A stretch of DNA of 64,000 nt, taken from assembly GCF_030028105.1 (NCBI RefSeq), contig NC_092398.1:25683649-25747648 (forward strand). Reading direction: 5' to 3'. The translations under genes were made by a program, and so were the position numbers. Positions 38,389 through 48,600 of this stretch are shown piece by piece; position 1 is the stretch's first letter; each line of letters begins with the position of its first letter. The stretch is from Mobula birostris. Lineage: Eukaryota. The notes under the pieces are model-generated. The model ran no database searches and was not told the DNA's origin. It worked only from the letters and a program-made list of their open reading frames with translations.

Positions 38389-38859
38389 TATTACCACAGG
38401 CAGCTGTGGAGGCCAAGTTGTTTAGGAGCCGAGAGGTAATGCTGCAGCTATATAGGACCCTGGTCAGACCCCACTTGGAGTACTGTGCTCAGTTCTGGTC
38501 GCCTCACTACAGGAAGGATATGGAAACTCTAGAAAGGGTGCAGAGGAGATTTACAAGGACCTTGTCTGGATTGGGGAGAATTCCTTATGAAAACAGATTG
38601 ATTATGAAGAAAGTTTGAAGTTAATAACTCATCTCCTTCTACCTCAGGCCACGAACTTATCAATCACCCCTGCTGTGGGCACTTTCTGGAGGTCCAAGAT
38701 CCGTATGCTCCACGACCGCTGGACTAAGTGTGTAAATGTAGGAGGGGACTATGTTGAAAAATAAATGAGCTAGGTCTGCTTTAAATCGATGCCCTTCTAC
38801 CCTAAGGTTGTGCCCTGTTGTCCTAGACTCCCCCACCATGTGAAATATCCTAGCAACGC

Positions 38860-39510
38860 ACACAAAGTGCTGGAGGAACTCAGCAGGCCAGACAGCACCT
38901 ATGGAAAAAAGAGCAGTCGAAGTTTCGGGCCGACACCCTTCGGCGGGACTGGAGAAAGGAAAAAGATGAGGAGTAGATTTAAAAGGTGGGGGAGAGGAGA
39001 GAGAAACACAAGATGATAGGTGAAACTGGGAGAGGCAGGAATGATTGGTGAATGAGATACAGGGCTAAAGAAGAGGGGGAGGGAGTCGGATAGGAGAGGG
39101 CAGAAGGCAATGGAAGAAAGAAAGGAGTGGAGCACCAGAGGGAGGCGATTGGCTGGTGCGAGAGGGAAAGGGGGATGGGGAATGGTGAAAGGGGGTGCAT
39201 TGCCATAAGGGGGCAGGGGGTGGTTGGGGGCATGACATCAGGTTGGAGGTTACCCGGGCGGAATGCAAGGTATTCCTCCAACCTGAGTCTGCCCTTATCG
39301 CGACAGTATAGGAGGCCATGGACTGACATATCAGAATGGAAATGGAAAGCGGAATTAAAGTGGGTGGCCACTGGGGAATACCACTTTGGCGGTCGGAGCG
39401 TAGGTGAGGCGCTGCTTCACCTGTGAATCTGTTGGGGTTATATACTGTACTATACCAGTGCTCCCAGTGTGGCCTCCTGTATATTGGTGAGACCTGGCAG
39501 TGCTGGGGGA
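38860..39510 (-). mobile_element. Penelope-like retroelement 3' fragment (GIY-YIG region)
   Basis: ATHFNS..H.HSDMSVHGLLYC..RLRLEE.L.FR.G.LQP; same family as 54945-56410, with a rearranged segment near 39400-39500. Confidence 0.7.
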
Positions 39511-40139
39511 ATTTAGTGCCACTGTCCCTGTTCTTTTCTGCAAGTGAGGGTTCAAAATGTTATGTGTAGGGGGACTTTGGTTGTTACTGTGGCTGTTTTT
39601 TTACTGCGGACGAAGGGGAATTTTGGGGTCTGTGAGTTTTGTTTCTTTTTTTTCGTGGCGGTTGGGGTGGGGGGAGTTGATGTGTTTTCATTCATCAACA
39701 CCCATGATCTTCCGGTATTTAATGGCTATCCGGAGTAGACAAATATTAAAGTCGTATCATACATGCACAGTTTGACAATAAAAATTAACCTTTGAACTCT
39801 CCCCGCCATCAAGGACGTCTTCGAGAGGGCGGGATTCATCATTAAAAACGGGAGGGGATTTACAGGAACCGGAAAATCCGCAGTCAATCATTCAGGAAGC
39901 GCATCCTTGCCCTCCGCCACCGCAGTTTTTAACGTTCCATAAACGCGACCTCACTATTTTTGTTACACAATATTTATTGACTTTGTAATTCATTGTAATT
40001 TTATGACAGTGGCAGAGTAGCGTTGCCAGAAAGCAACAAATGTCACGACAGCTATAATGCGGTGATAATAAGACAAATGACGAAGATAGGCTTATACTGG
40101 GTCAATACCCAGCATTGAAATTCTCTGTGTCGACAAGTC

Positions 40140-40405
40140 ACGTCGCAATTTCACGCAGGGGCGGCCCCTGCGGTTCGCCCTGGGGTTGAGCACTGGGGAA
40201 GAGGGCGGGGCCACGAACAGCTGAAGCCCCACCCACCCCACACACCTTTGCAAAGTACTTGGCTTCTTCCTACAGTCCGCCCCTCCTCTCCATAGTGGCA
40301 GGTCCCAACAACACCCCTCCCCCTCCGCTCATTGGTATCTCCCGCCTTCCCACCCCCCCCCCACCGCTTCTACTCAGTGGTTGCGCCTGCGCTTCCAACA
40401 CAAAC
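40140..40405 (+). promoter_or_regulatory. CpG-rich promoter/5'UTR of LAGE3
   Basis: GC boxes (GGGCGGGG at 40203), ATTGG, NRF1-like TGCGCCTGCGC (40382), good Kozak AACATGG. Confidence 0.65.
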
Positions 40406-40455
40406 ATGGCGGCGGGAGAGGAGGCGGTTGCCAACGGCGACAACCGGCTGCACTT
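40406..40455 (+). CDS. LAGE3: LAGE3 coding exon 1
   Basis: ATG in Kozak context; ends CAC TT|GTATCCTTT (U12-type donor); joins in frame to exon 2. Confidence 0.85.
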
Positions 40456-43253
40456 GTATCCTTTGATTGATGGACTTCGACCGGGTGCGCCGGGACGACG
40501 GTGGAGATGAAGGAGCTGAGGGGTACGGCGGGGTAAAGGCCGATTCACCCCGCCGGGAAAACAGACGGTAGACACCAGTATGGTGGGAGCCGCTCCGTCT
40601 TTCGTGAAGTACGCATGCGCTAAGCGTGGAGGCTCCTGGGGAATGTAGTCATATGGCTATACATCCCCCTGTGGCGCATGCGCCCACCCTTTTGAGGACC
40701 AGATTTCATTTCTGTGCGCACGTTGCCGCGGAGGCTCCTGGGGAATGCAGTCTAATAGTTTATTGCTAACAGGGCATGCGCTCCATTGCGAAGGCTCTTG
40801 GGTGAATGTGTAATTTAAGGAGCGCATGCGCTGCAGTTCATGAGCGCCTTGTGGGTGCTGCAGCCTGCTGGGAGTTGTAGTCTCTATAATGTTGCAAGGG
40901 TCTCGACGATTTCTGTACGTTAAACCAGAGATGCCCAGTAATCCTTCAAAATTGCCTTTCATTTCTTTGTCAGATCCAACAAGGCCAGTTTATGTTCCCC
41001 ATCCCTAACTGCCCTCAAAAAAAATGGGGGGTGGTCATGCCACACCCTTGAATCGCCACAGTCCGTTGAAGGGGGCTGCAGGGTTTAGACCCAGTGACGG
41101 TGGTCGTGATCAAATAGCAGAGCAGACTCGATGGGCCGAATGGCCTAATTCTCTCATGCTTTACGGTCTCATAGATTTGGGACAGCAGGCTGATGGGAGC
41201 GTGGAGATTATGGGTAACGGTGGTCCCTGCTACCCCTCGCTGGGGAGGCACTGCAGTTGGAAGGAGATATAGTGAAAGTTGCCCGAGCGAGAAAACAATG
41301 TGAACTCTGCGGACACACGCTGCCCACCAGTGGTGGGGAGAGATGTCCAGGGGCATGGATGGGATGCCAAACAAGTGGGCTGGATGGTGTTGGCCTTCTC
41401 TACAGTTGTTGGACCTCAGCAGGTGGGGATTGTCCTATCACACTCCTGAGCCATAGAGCAGGGAGAAGGTAATGTGGCGGATGCAGAGTGCATGGACTAA
41501 CTCCAGCCAGTGACCCGTGGGAAGGCCCGGGAGGTGAGTCACCTACATGAAGACACCTCCCCCTCTGCAGCCATCCTGCTTTTACAGTGGCATGGAGGTC
41601 CCAGTCAGCTTCAGAGAGGCACGGGGTACTTGTGCGTGGGGTGGGTGGCACAGGAACAGGGCCCCGTTTCCCTCGCCATTTCTGTTATCGCTCCTTAGCA
41701 AGGGGCCGCAGTAATCTGACTGTCCCTTTCCCATCGGCGAGGGAGGCACAGATCGCCTTGGGATCCCTCAGCCCGGACGCCGAGCCCAGGAAAGGAGGAA
41801 TCAGCAAAACTTTAACCGTACAAGGCTGCACACTTCAGGGGTGAGTCCGTGGAGTGGTATCCTTCTATCTCCTCCCATACCCCATCCCACTACACCACCA
41901 ATTTATTTATTTCTTTACAATCCGTGTTTGACACGCGTTCCTTGTCCGTCCCTATCTGCCCCTTAAGAAACGTGCAAGACTCCAGTTCGGAGCCAGGATG
42001 TGCAGTTTGGGGCTGCTGGAGGACCTTCTCTAGGGCCCTCAATGCCAGGGTCAATACAGGCCCTTCTTGCTTGCTTGTCCCCCTCCCTCACTTTGAAAGT
42101 TCAAAGTAACTTTATTATCAAAGCACATATATACGTCAGCATCTGCAACCCTGAGATTCATTATCTTGCGGGCGTACTCAACAAATCTACAGAATAGCAG
42201 CCATCACAGAATCGATGAAAGGCCGCCGAATTGGGTTTTCAACCAGTAAGCAGAAGACAAGCCTAGTTTTAGCCCCCCCCCACCACCACCCCTAACTTAC
42301 TGACTGCCCGTTACGCCACTGGTCTTTAATGCGGCAGTGAGGGTCCTCTGTCTCTGGCAGTGTTGTTCATCGTGTCAGTAGCTTCAGCTGGGTTTTCGCT
42401 ACTGTCTGTCATGCAAGTCCCGGGTGGAGGCTCAGGAATAGTTGCATTCAGATGTAGAAGGATTCTTCACTGCTTGATCCGTAACCGTTCTGTTTGACCA
42501 GTCAGGGTTGTTAGCCCTGAGCTGAACCCCCTAACCCAGAGGACCACACTTAGCCTGACCTCTACCCTTTGACCTGCTTGGCATGGGTGACCCTACCGGG
42601 AGCCAAAGCACAAAGCCCTGACTCCAGCCGACCTGGCTCTCCAGGTCATTGAGCCTCCAAACCCTATGACGAGGTTGGGGTCCTCTTGGAGGGAGCGAGG
42701 AGGAGGGCAAGAGTAAAGGTGGGGCAGTGGGCAAGCCCACCTCCATCGGGTTTCGGTGAATGTGCAGAGCCAGCTGAGGGGTTTAAAGGCACCAGAGAGA
42801 CGAGAACTGCCGCCAGTGACTCGCAAAACTCGTGAAAAGGCAGGGATGGGCGGCTCGGGTGTCGTGATGCTTTGGAGCACCCATCTTTCCACACTCCCAC
42901 CCTTTCTAGTGAGCTCAGCCACCAGATTTTTGCCCCCACACACTCAGTAGGGGGGGTGACAATAATGCCTCCCTTCTTGCTTCATGTCAACCCCCCCGCC
43001 CACTCTCCCCATCTCTCTCCGCCATCTCTTGCCGCCGTCTTCCCCCACTCTCTCTCCCCCCCCATTTCCCACCCACGCCAAACACCTCGCTGCCTGCCGT
43101 ATCTCACCCACCCTCCCCTGTCTCTCCTCTCTCCACAGCCACTGGGAGGCAGAGGAGGCCCGAATCCTCCGGGTGTCCGTCAGCTCCTTCCTGGACCACC
43201 TCACCCTGGTGCTGGAGACCATGGACAGATTCGGACCGGCCGGCTCGAGCTAG
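40406..43253 (+). CDS. LAGE3: EKC/KEOPS complex subunit LAGE3 (Pcc1 family), 3 exons: 40406-40455, 41712-41840, 43139-43253; 97 aa
   Basis: Spliced product MAAGEEAVANGDNRLHFNLTVPFPSAREAQIALGSLSPDAEPRKGGISKTLTVQGCTLQGHWEAEEARILRVSVSSFLDHLTLVLETMDRFGPAGSS matches the LAGE3 pattern (F.L.VPFP...A..A..SL.PDAEP...W.AE..R.LR.SV..FLD.L.LV..TM.RFGP); exon lengths 50+129+115=294 nt with consistent phases; AATAAA at 43415-43420. Confidence 0.93.
41712..41840 (+). CDS. LAGE3: LAGE3 coding exon 2
   Basis: CAG|T AAT CTG ... CAG GG|GTGAGT; encodes NLTVPFPS...SLSPDAEPRKGG. Confidence 0.92.
43139..43253 (+). CDS. LAGE3: LAGE3 coding exon 3
   Basis: Polypyrimidine tract + CCACAG|C CAC TGG; encodes HWEAEEARILRVSVSSFLDHLTLVLETMDRFGP, TAG stop. 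Confidence 0.93.
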
Positions 43254-43529
43254 GGGTGGGGGGGGGGGGGGTGCTGCAGGCCACCAGTCCAGCGGTGGCC
43301 AGCTCCCAGGGGTGCTGTCAGTGGGTGATTCGGGACATGTGTGCGCGCGGCTGCCTCCCAAGCTGGAAGTGCAGACTGATGTACGGAGACGGCGGGGAAT
43401 GGGCGGACTGCGGGAATAAACGGCGGAGTGTCGACGGCCGTGGTTCCTGTTTCTTACCGTTGGGGTGGGGGGGTGGGCCGGGACAGGCACTGGCACTGGT
43501 ACAGTTCACTTTTCTTTACTGATTTATTG

Positions 43530-43785
43530 AGATACATCACAGAGTCGCCCCCCCCCCCCCCACGGCCCTTCCAGTCGTGCCGCCCAATTTAACCGCACCC
43601 TTATCACCATGACCAACTAACCTGCCAACCGGTACGCCTTTGGACTGTGGGAGGAAACCAGAGCACCCGGAGGAAACCTGCGCAGTCCGTAGGGGAGGAG
43701 GTAGAAACTCCTCCCCAAGGGGACGCCGGAATTGAACTCCGAACCCCCGCGATGTGATCACGCCGCGCTAACCCTTTACGCTCCG
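43530..43785 (-). mobile_element. tRNA-derived V-type SINE (related fragments ~6380-6520 and ~28980-29115)
   Basis: Reverse strand has a B-box-like GAGTTCAATTCC and the GGTTTCCTCCGGGTGCTCTGGTTTCCTCCCACAGTCCAAAG core typical of fish/shark V-SINEs. Confidence 0.75.
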
Positions 43786-45558
43786 CGGACCCTCCTGACA
43801 AACCTATCCCCCGCGCGCGCACACACTTCAGTCGCTGCTCCTGCACGGGAGGCGACTGTACCGTCTGCAGTCCAAATCCGGATGTCGGCAACGGGACCCG
43901 GGACCAAGTGTCCGGGGAAGTTTTCAACTCCCCACTGGAGGGATCTGCTCTGCCTCAGCCAGAGGGGCTCGGGTAAACCGGGGGGGGGGGGTCAATATGG
44001 GAGCAGTACACAGAGGGACACGTGGCGAGGGTGGGAACAGACACGCAGAAACACAAGCGAATACGGGCACTATCTTGGGTCGAGGAACCCATTTCCGTGC
44101 TGCGTGACTCCAGCACGACGAAACCTCTGAGGACCGAGGAGTGTTTGACGGGGACGGGGAGTTCGATTCCAGCCCCCCACACCCACCCCAGGGTGGAGGG
44201 GCGGGTGCCAACCGACACCAGACTCAAGAACAGAGAGTGGGGGAAGACCATTCCAGAAGGAACCTCAAATCAGTTTTTATTAACCTGCTGTCCGTTCCGG
44301 TCCACCTTCAGTGGCAGCAGGCGTGGTTAACCGGAAAGTGTGGCGTTCGGGGACTCTGGCCTGGGAGAAAGTTGTGGGGGGAGCGATACAGGAAGGGAAA
44401 AAGTCAGAAATCTGTAAACATCACCCCACCCTCCACACCAACCCCTCCCAAAGAACAGAAACACTAAAGGCGGCCAATAGGCGAAGCAGATGGGGAGGAG
44501 AGCCAGACAGGGCTGGTGGGGAGACCCCAGCCTTTACCTGGGAGAGAGGGGGGCAGGACGTCCCCACTTGTTACTTCCACCGACCTCACACAAACTACGG
44601 TGTGGCCTCCCTCTGCACCCGTCCCACAATCTGGGACAGGAGGGCGGGGATTTGGGGGAGATCACCGTCCAACCGTTCCTGATCATCCTCTCCTTCCCCC
44701 TCTCAAACTCCATCCCCAGAAAGGGGACAGGATGGGAGTATGACTACCTTCTCCGCTGCCCAGCGCCAGAGGGTTCTGGCCCCTCCCTCCACCCAAGTGA
44801 CAACCCTTCCCCTCCTCTTCCTGCGCAGGGTCACTGATGCCCGTCCCTAACTCTCCCTTGCCTGCTGCCCAGCCCAGAGGTCATGAGGCCTTCCCTTGTC
44901 CCGGGACAGTTGCAAGGGTGACACAGGCTGGAGATGGCCCCTGAATCCTCTTCTGGGCCGGGGAGTGGTGTCACTGGCGTCCAGTTCTCTTTCTACCCTG
45001 TCTGCTACCCAGCCCGGTAGGGTCAGACCACTCCCTTGTCCTGGGACGGGGCGAGAGAGTCACAAAAGATGGAGACAGCCTCCCCCACCCTCTCCTGTGG
45101 GCCAGGGGGTGGGAGTGTCACTGGGTTCCAACCTCTCTCTGTCTGCCTTGTCTACTATCCAGCCCAGAGGAGATGGATTCCTGCCTCGTCCTGAGATGCT
45201 GACGCTGGTTGGAGACAGCCCCCTCCCTCTCCTGTCCTGGGCCAGGGAGGTTACTGAGGGCTCGACGGGACAAACCAGCTTGGGGTCAGGGGTCCCGCTG
45301 TTCAGTTTCCCTGTTTCACGTGGGGTACATGCTTGGTTTAACAAATAATCCAGGTGGAAAGAGTTTCTGGGGAGCAGGACTCAGCCCCACCCAGATGGCA
45401 GGGAGTTGGCCCCACACCAGAGGGAGGCAGTGGCCAGGAGGGTTACTAGAGTGAAGGTGGGCATTCCTCTTCTTGAACGAGGTGAGGGGGTGCACAGAGT
45501 GCGGTAAATAACCGGATCTCACCGCTTAGCCCCCACCAACCATCCCCCCCCCCGATGG

Positions 45559-45654
45559 TCAGCACTGGCAGCTGTCTGCATCCGCTGCCGCCCTGTCGGC
45601 CTGGTCCAGCCGAATCTGATCGGAGTATTCACTGTAGAGATCAATCTCAGACTC
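45559..45654 (-). CDS. RAB7: Rab7-like last coding exon
   Basis: CCCCACAG|GAG TCT GAG; [31 protein letters not shown], same length as the RAB7A tail [31 protein letters not shown]. Confidence 0.92.
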   Translation of the reverse strand, partial: ESEIDLYSEYSDQIRLDQADRAAADADSCQC

Positions 45655-48600
45655 CTGTGGGGTGAGGGGAGAGAGAGAGACCATCACTCAATGCGTCCAG
45701 TCCAGCCCAGCCCAGCCAAGGGACAGGAGATCGCACCCAAACCCACCCCCCCCCCCACCCAGACAATCCTCCTACACGCAGCAAACCGCTGAACCCCACA
45801 GGGAGAAGCAGTGTCGGGGATTTGAGCCGCACTCCAACGCCTGCAGGAGGCCAGCGGGCCGGGCAGACTCTGCGGAGGGACGTGGAGAGGCAACGATTCC
45901 ATCAGAGGCTTTTCTCCTGGACTGGAAAGGAAGAGGGAGGTGAGGGGAAGGAGTGGAGACTGATAGCGCCAAGTGAGGAGTCAGGGTAGCGAGCAGATAG
46001 GGGTGGGGGAGATGTGGGTATAATATCTGAGCTGAAGATGACAGAGGAAGGTGAAACGTGAAATGAAGTTGCGGGGGGGGGGGGGAGGGTTGTGGAATTC
46101 ATTGAAACCCAAGTGAATATTGAAAGGCCTGAATAGAGTGGACACGGACAGGATGTTTCCTATAGTGGGGGAGTCGAGGACCAGAGGACACACCCTCAGA
46201 ACAGGACGCAGCATTATTAATCAGGGACCCCCGCCCACCACACAGGATGTGCTCTCATCTCACTGTTGCCATCGGGAAGAAGGTACAGGAGCCTCAGGAC
46301 TCACACCACCCGGTTCCAGAACAGTTATTACCCCTCAACCATCAGACTCCTAAACCAGAGAGGATAATTTCACTAGCCCCAACACTGAACTGTTTCCACA
46401 ACCTATGGACTCACCTTCAAGGACTCGTCATCTGAGGTCCTCGATTTGTCTTGCTTATTTGTTTATTATTATTTCTTTTGTATTTCCACAGTTTATTGTC
46501 TTTTGTACACTAGTTGTCCAAAGTAAAATTTATAATAATACCTATATGTCACTTGAGATTCATTTTCCTGTGGGCATACTCTGCAAATCTATGGAGTAGT
46601 AACTATAACAGGATCAGTGAAAGATCAACCAGAGTGCAGAAGGCAACTAACTATGCAAATGCAAATATAAATAAATACGAATAGATAATTGTGGTTCTGA
46701 GGAATGCTCTGCCTCAGAAGGCAGTGGAGGCCAATTCTCTGGATTCTTTCAAAAAAGAGTTAGACAGAGCTCTTAAAGATAGCAGAGTGAAGGGATATGG
46801 GGAGAGGGCAGGAAAGAGTACTGATTGTGGTTGATCAGCTGTGATCACAGTGAATGGTGGTGCTGGCTCGAGGGGCTGAATGGCCTACTCCTGCACCTAT
46901 TGTCTATAATGAGAACGTCTGATAACGAGCTAAAGCGTCCTTAAAGTGAGAACCATTGGTTGTGGGAACATCTCAATCGATGGACGAGTACACTTATCCC
47001 CTTTGTTCAAGAGCCTTTTGGTTGAGGGGTAGTAGCTGTTACTGAATCTAGTGTTGTGAGTCTGGAGGGCTCTTGCACCTTCTACCTGATGGCAGCAGCA
47101 AGAGCTTGGTCTGAATGGTGGGGCACTCTGATGATGGATGCTGCTTTCCTACAACAGCGTTTCATGTAGATGTGCTCAGTAGTTGAAGGGCTTTACCCGT
47201 GATGTGTGTGATGTCTGCCCTGTTCGATGTGGCCTTTGATTATGTTATGGTTATTGGAATTATTGAGTATGCTGCAAGAAAACAAATTTCAGGGTGACCT
47301 ACATGTACTTCGGATGTTTTTAGCCAGAGGGTGGTGAGTCTGTGGAATTCATTGCCACAGGCAGATGTGGAGGACAAGCCATTGGGTATATTTAGAGCGG
47401 AGGTTGATAGGTTCTTGATCAGTTGGAGGTCAAATGTTACGGGGATAATAACGCTGCCATAAAGGAATGGCGGAGCAGACTTAATGGGCCGAAAGGCCTA
47501 ATTCTGTTCAATGTCTTATGGTCTAAAGCAGTGGTCCCCAACCTCCGGGCCACAGACTGATACCAGGAGGCATGCAGGGGTGCAGCAGTAGCCCAGGCGC
47601 ACCCAGCACATCTTTAAGAAAAAAGCCGAAATAAACAAGCTAATTAATTAGGTGCCGTCCAGAAGCCAGTCTTCATTAGAGGAACTGAGGTGGAGAGGGG
47701 CAATAACTTTAAATTCTTCGGCATTAAGGATTGACGTTTCTCTCTGTCAAGAGTGTCAGAGGATCTGTCTTGGGACCAGCACGTAACTGTCATTACAAAG
47801 AAAGCACGGCAATGCCTGTACTGTATTAGAAGTTTGTGTAGATTCAACATGTCACCTCGATCCTGACAGCCCTGACTTTTCAGCCCGTCTGGGCTGGAGT
47901 TTGAATTGACCAAACAATGGAACAGCTAAAGGCTCCATCACCCTGGAAAGAGGAGAGAACATCGCGTAGAGCAAGTGAAATCGGCAATCGCCTCTGATCT
48001 GGGCAGCACCTAATTAACTAGCTTGTTTATTTCAACTTTTTTCTTAAAGATGTGCTGGGTGCGCTCTGGCTACCGCTGCACCCCCGCATGCTTCGCGGCC
48101 CGGAGGTTGGGGACCACCGGTCTAAAGGAGGTGGGGAGGAGAGAGGAACCAGGGTGAGGAGAGTATGTGTGTGTGTGGGGGAGGGGTGTTGGGTGACGGA
48201 CTGATCAAGAGGGTAAGGGAGCTGCTGGGGGCAGAGGTAGGTGGTGACCAGAAGTTAGGGAAGTCGATGTCTGTGCCATCGGGTTGGAGGTGGAACGTGA
48301 GGTGCTGCTTACCAAACTGGGTGTGGCCCCAACGTGGCGATAGGGGAGGCCATGGATTGTGTTGGAACGGGAAGTCAAATTGAAATGGGTGGCCACCTGG
48401 AGATCTGGCCTCTCGCAATGGAATCAAAATGGGCCGTCACCGGGGGAAAACCCAAACACGAGGAAATCTGCAGATGCTGGAATTTCAAGCAACACACATA
48501 AAATTTGCTGGTGAACGCAGCGGGCCAGGCAGCATCTCTTGATTCGGGCCGAGACCCTTCGTCAGGACTAACTGAAAGAAGAGCTAGTTTCCAAGAGGAC

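Larger units (their letters stand above)
25921..38930 (+). repeat. Tandem segmental duplication unit D (left-truncated, expanded by private TE insertions), leading into the functional LAGE3 locus
   Basis: 25921 onward aligns with 2516/17270 onward; 37473-37855 and 38775-38930 align with 24662-25040 and 25075-25234. Confidence 0.9.

Noticed and set aside
1-38930. Array as a pure assembly artefact
   Set aside because: Units differ by many substitutions and private insertions/deletions, more than expected for alleles; exact copy number still needs read support.
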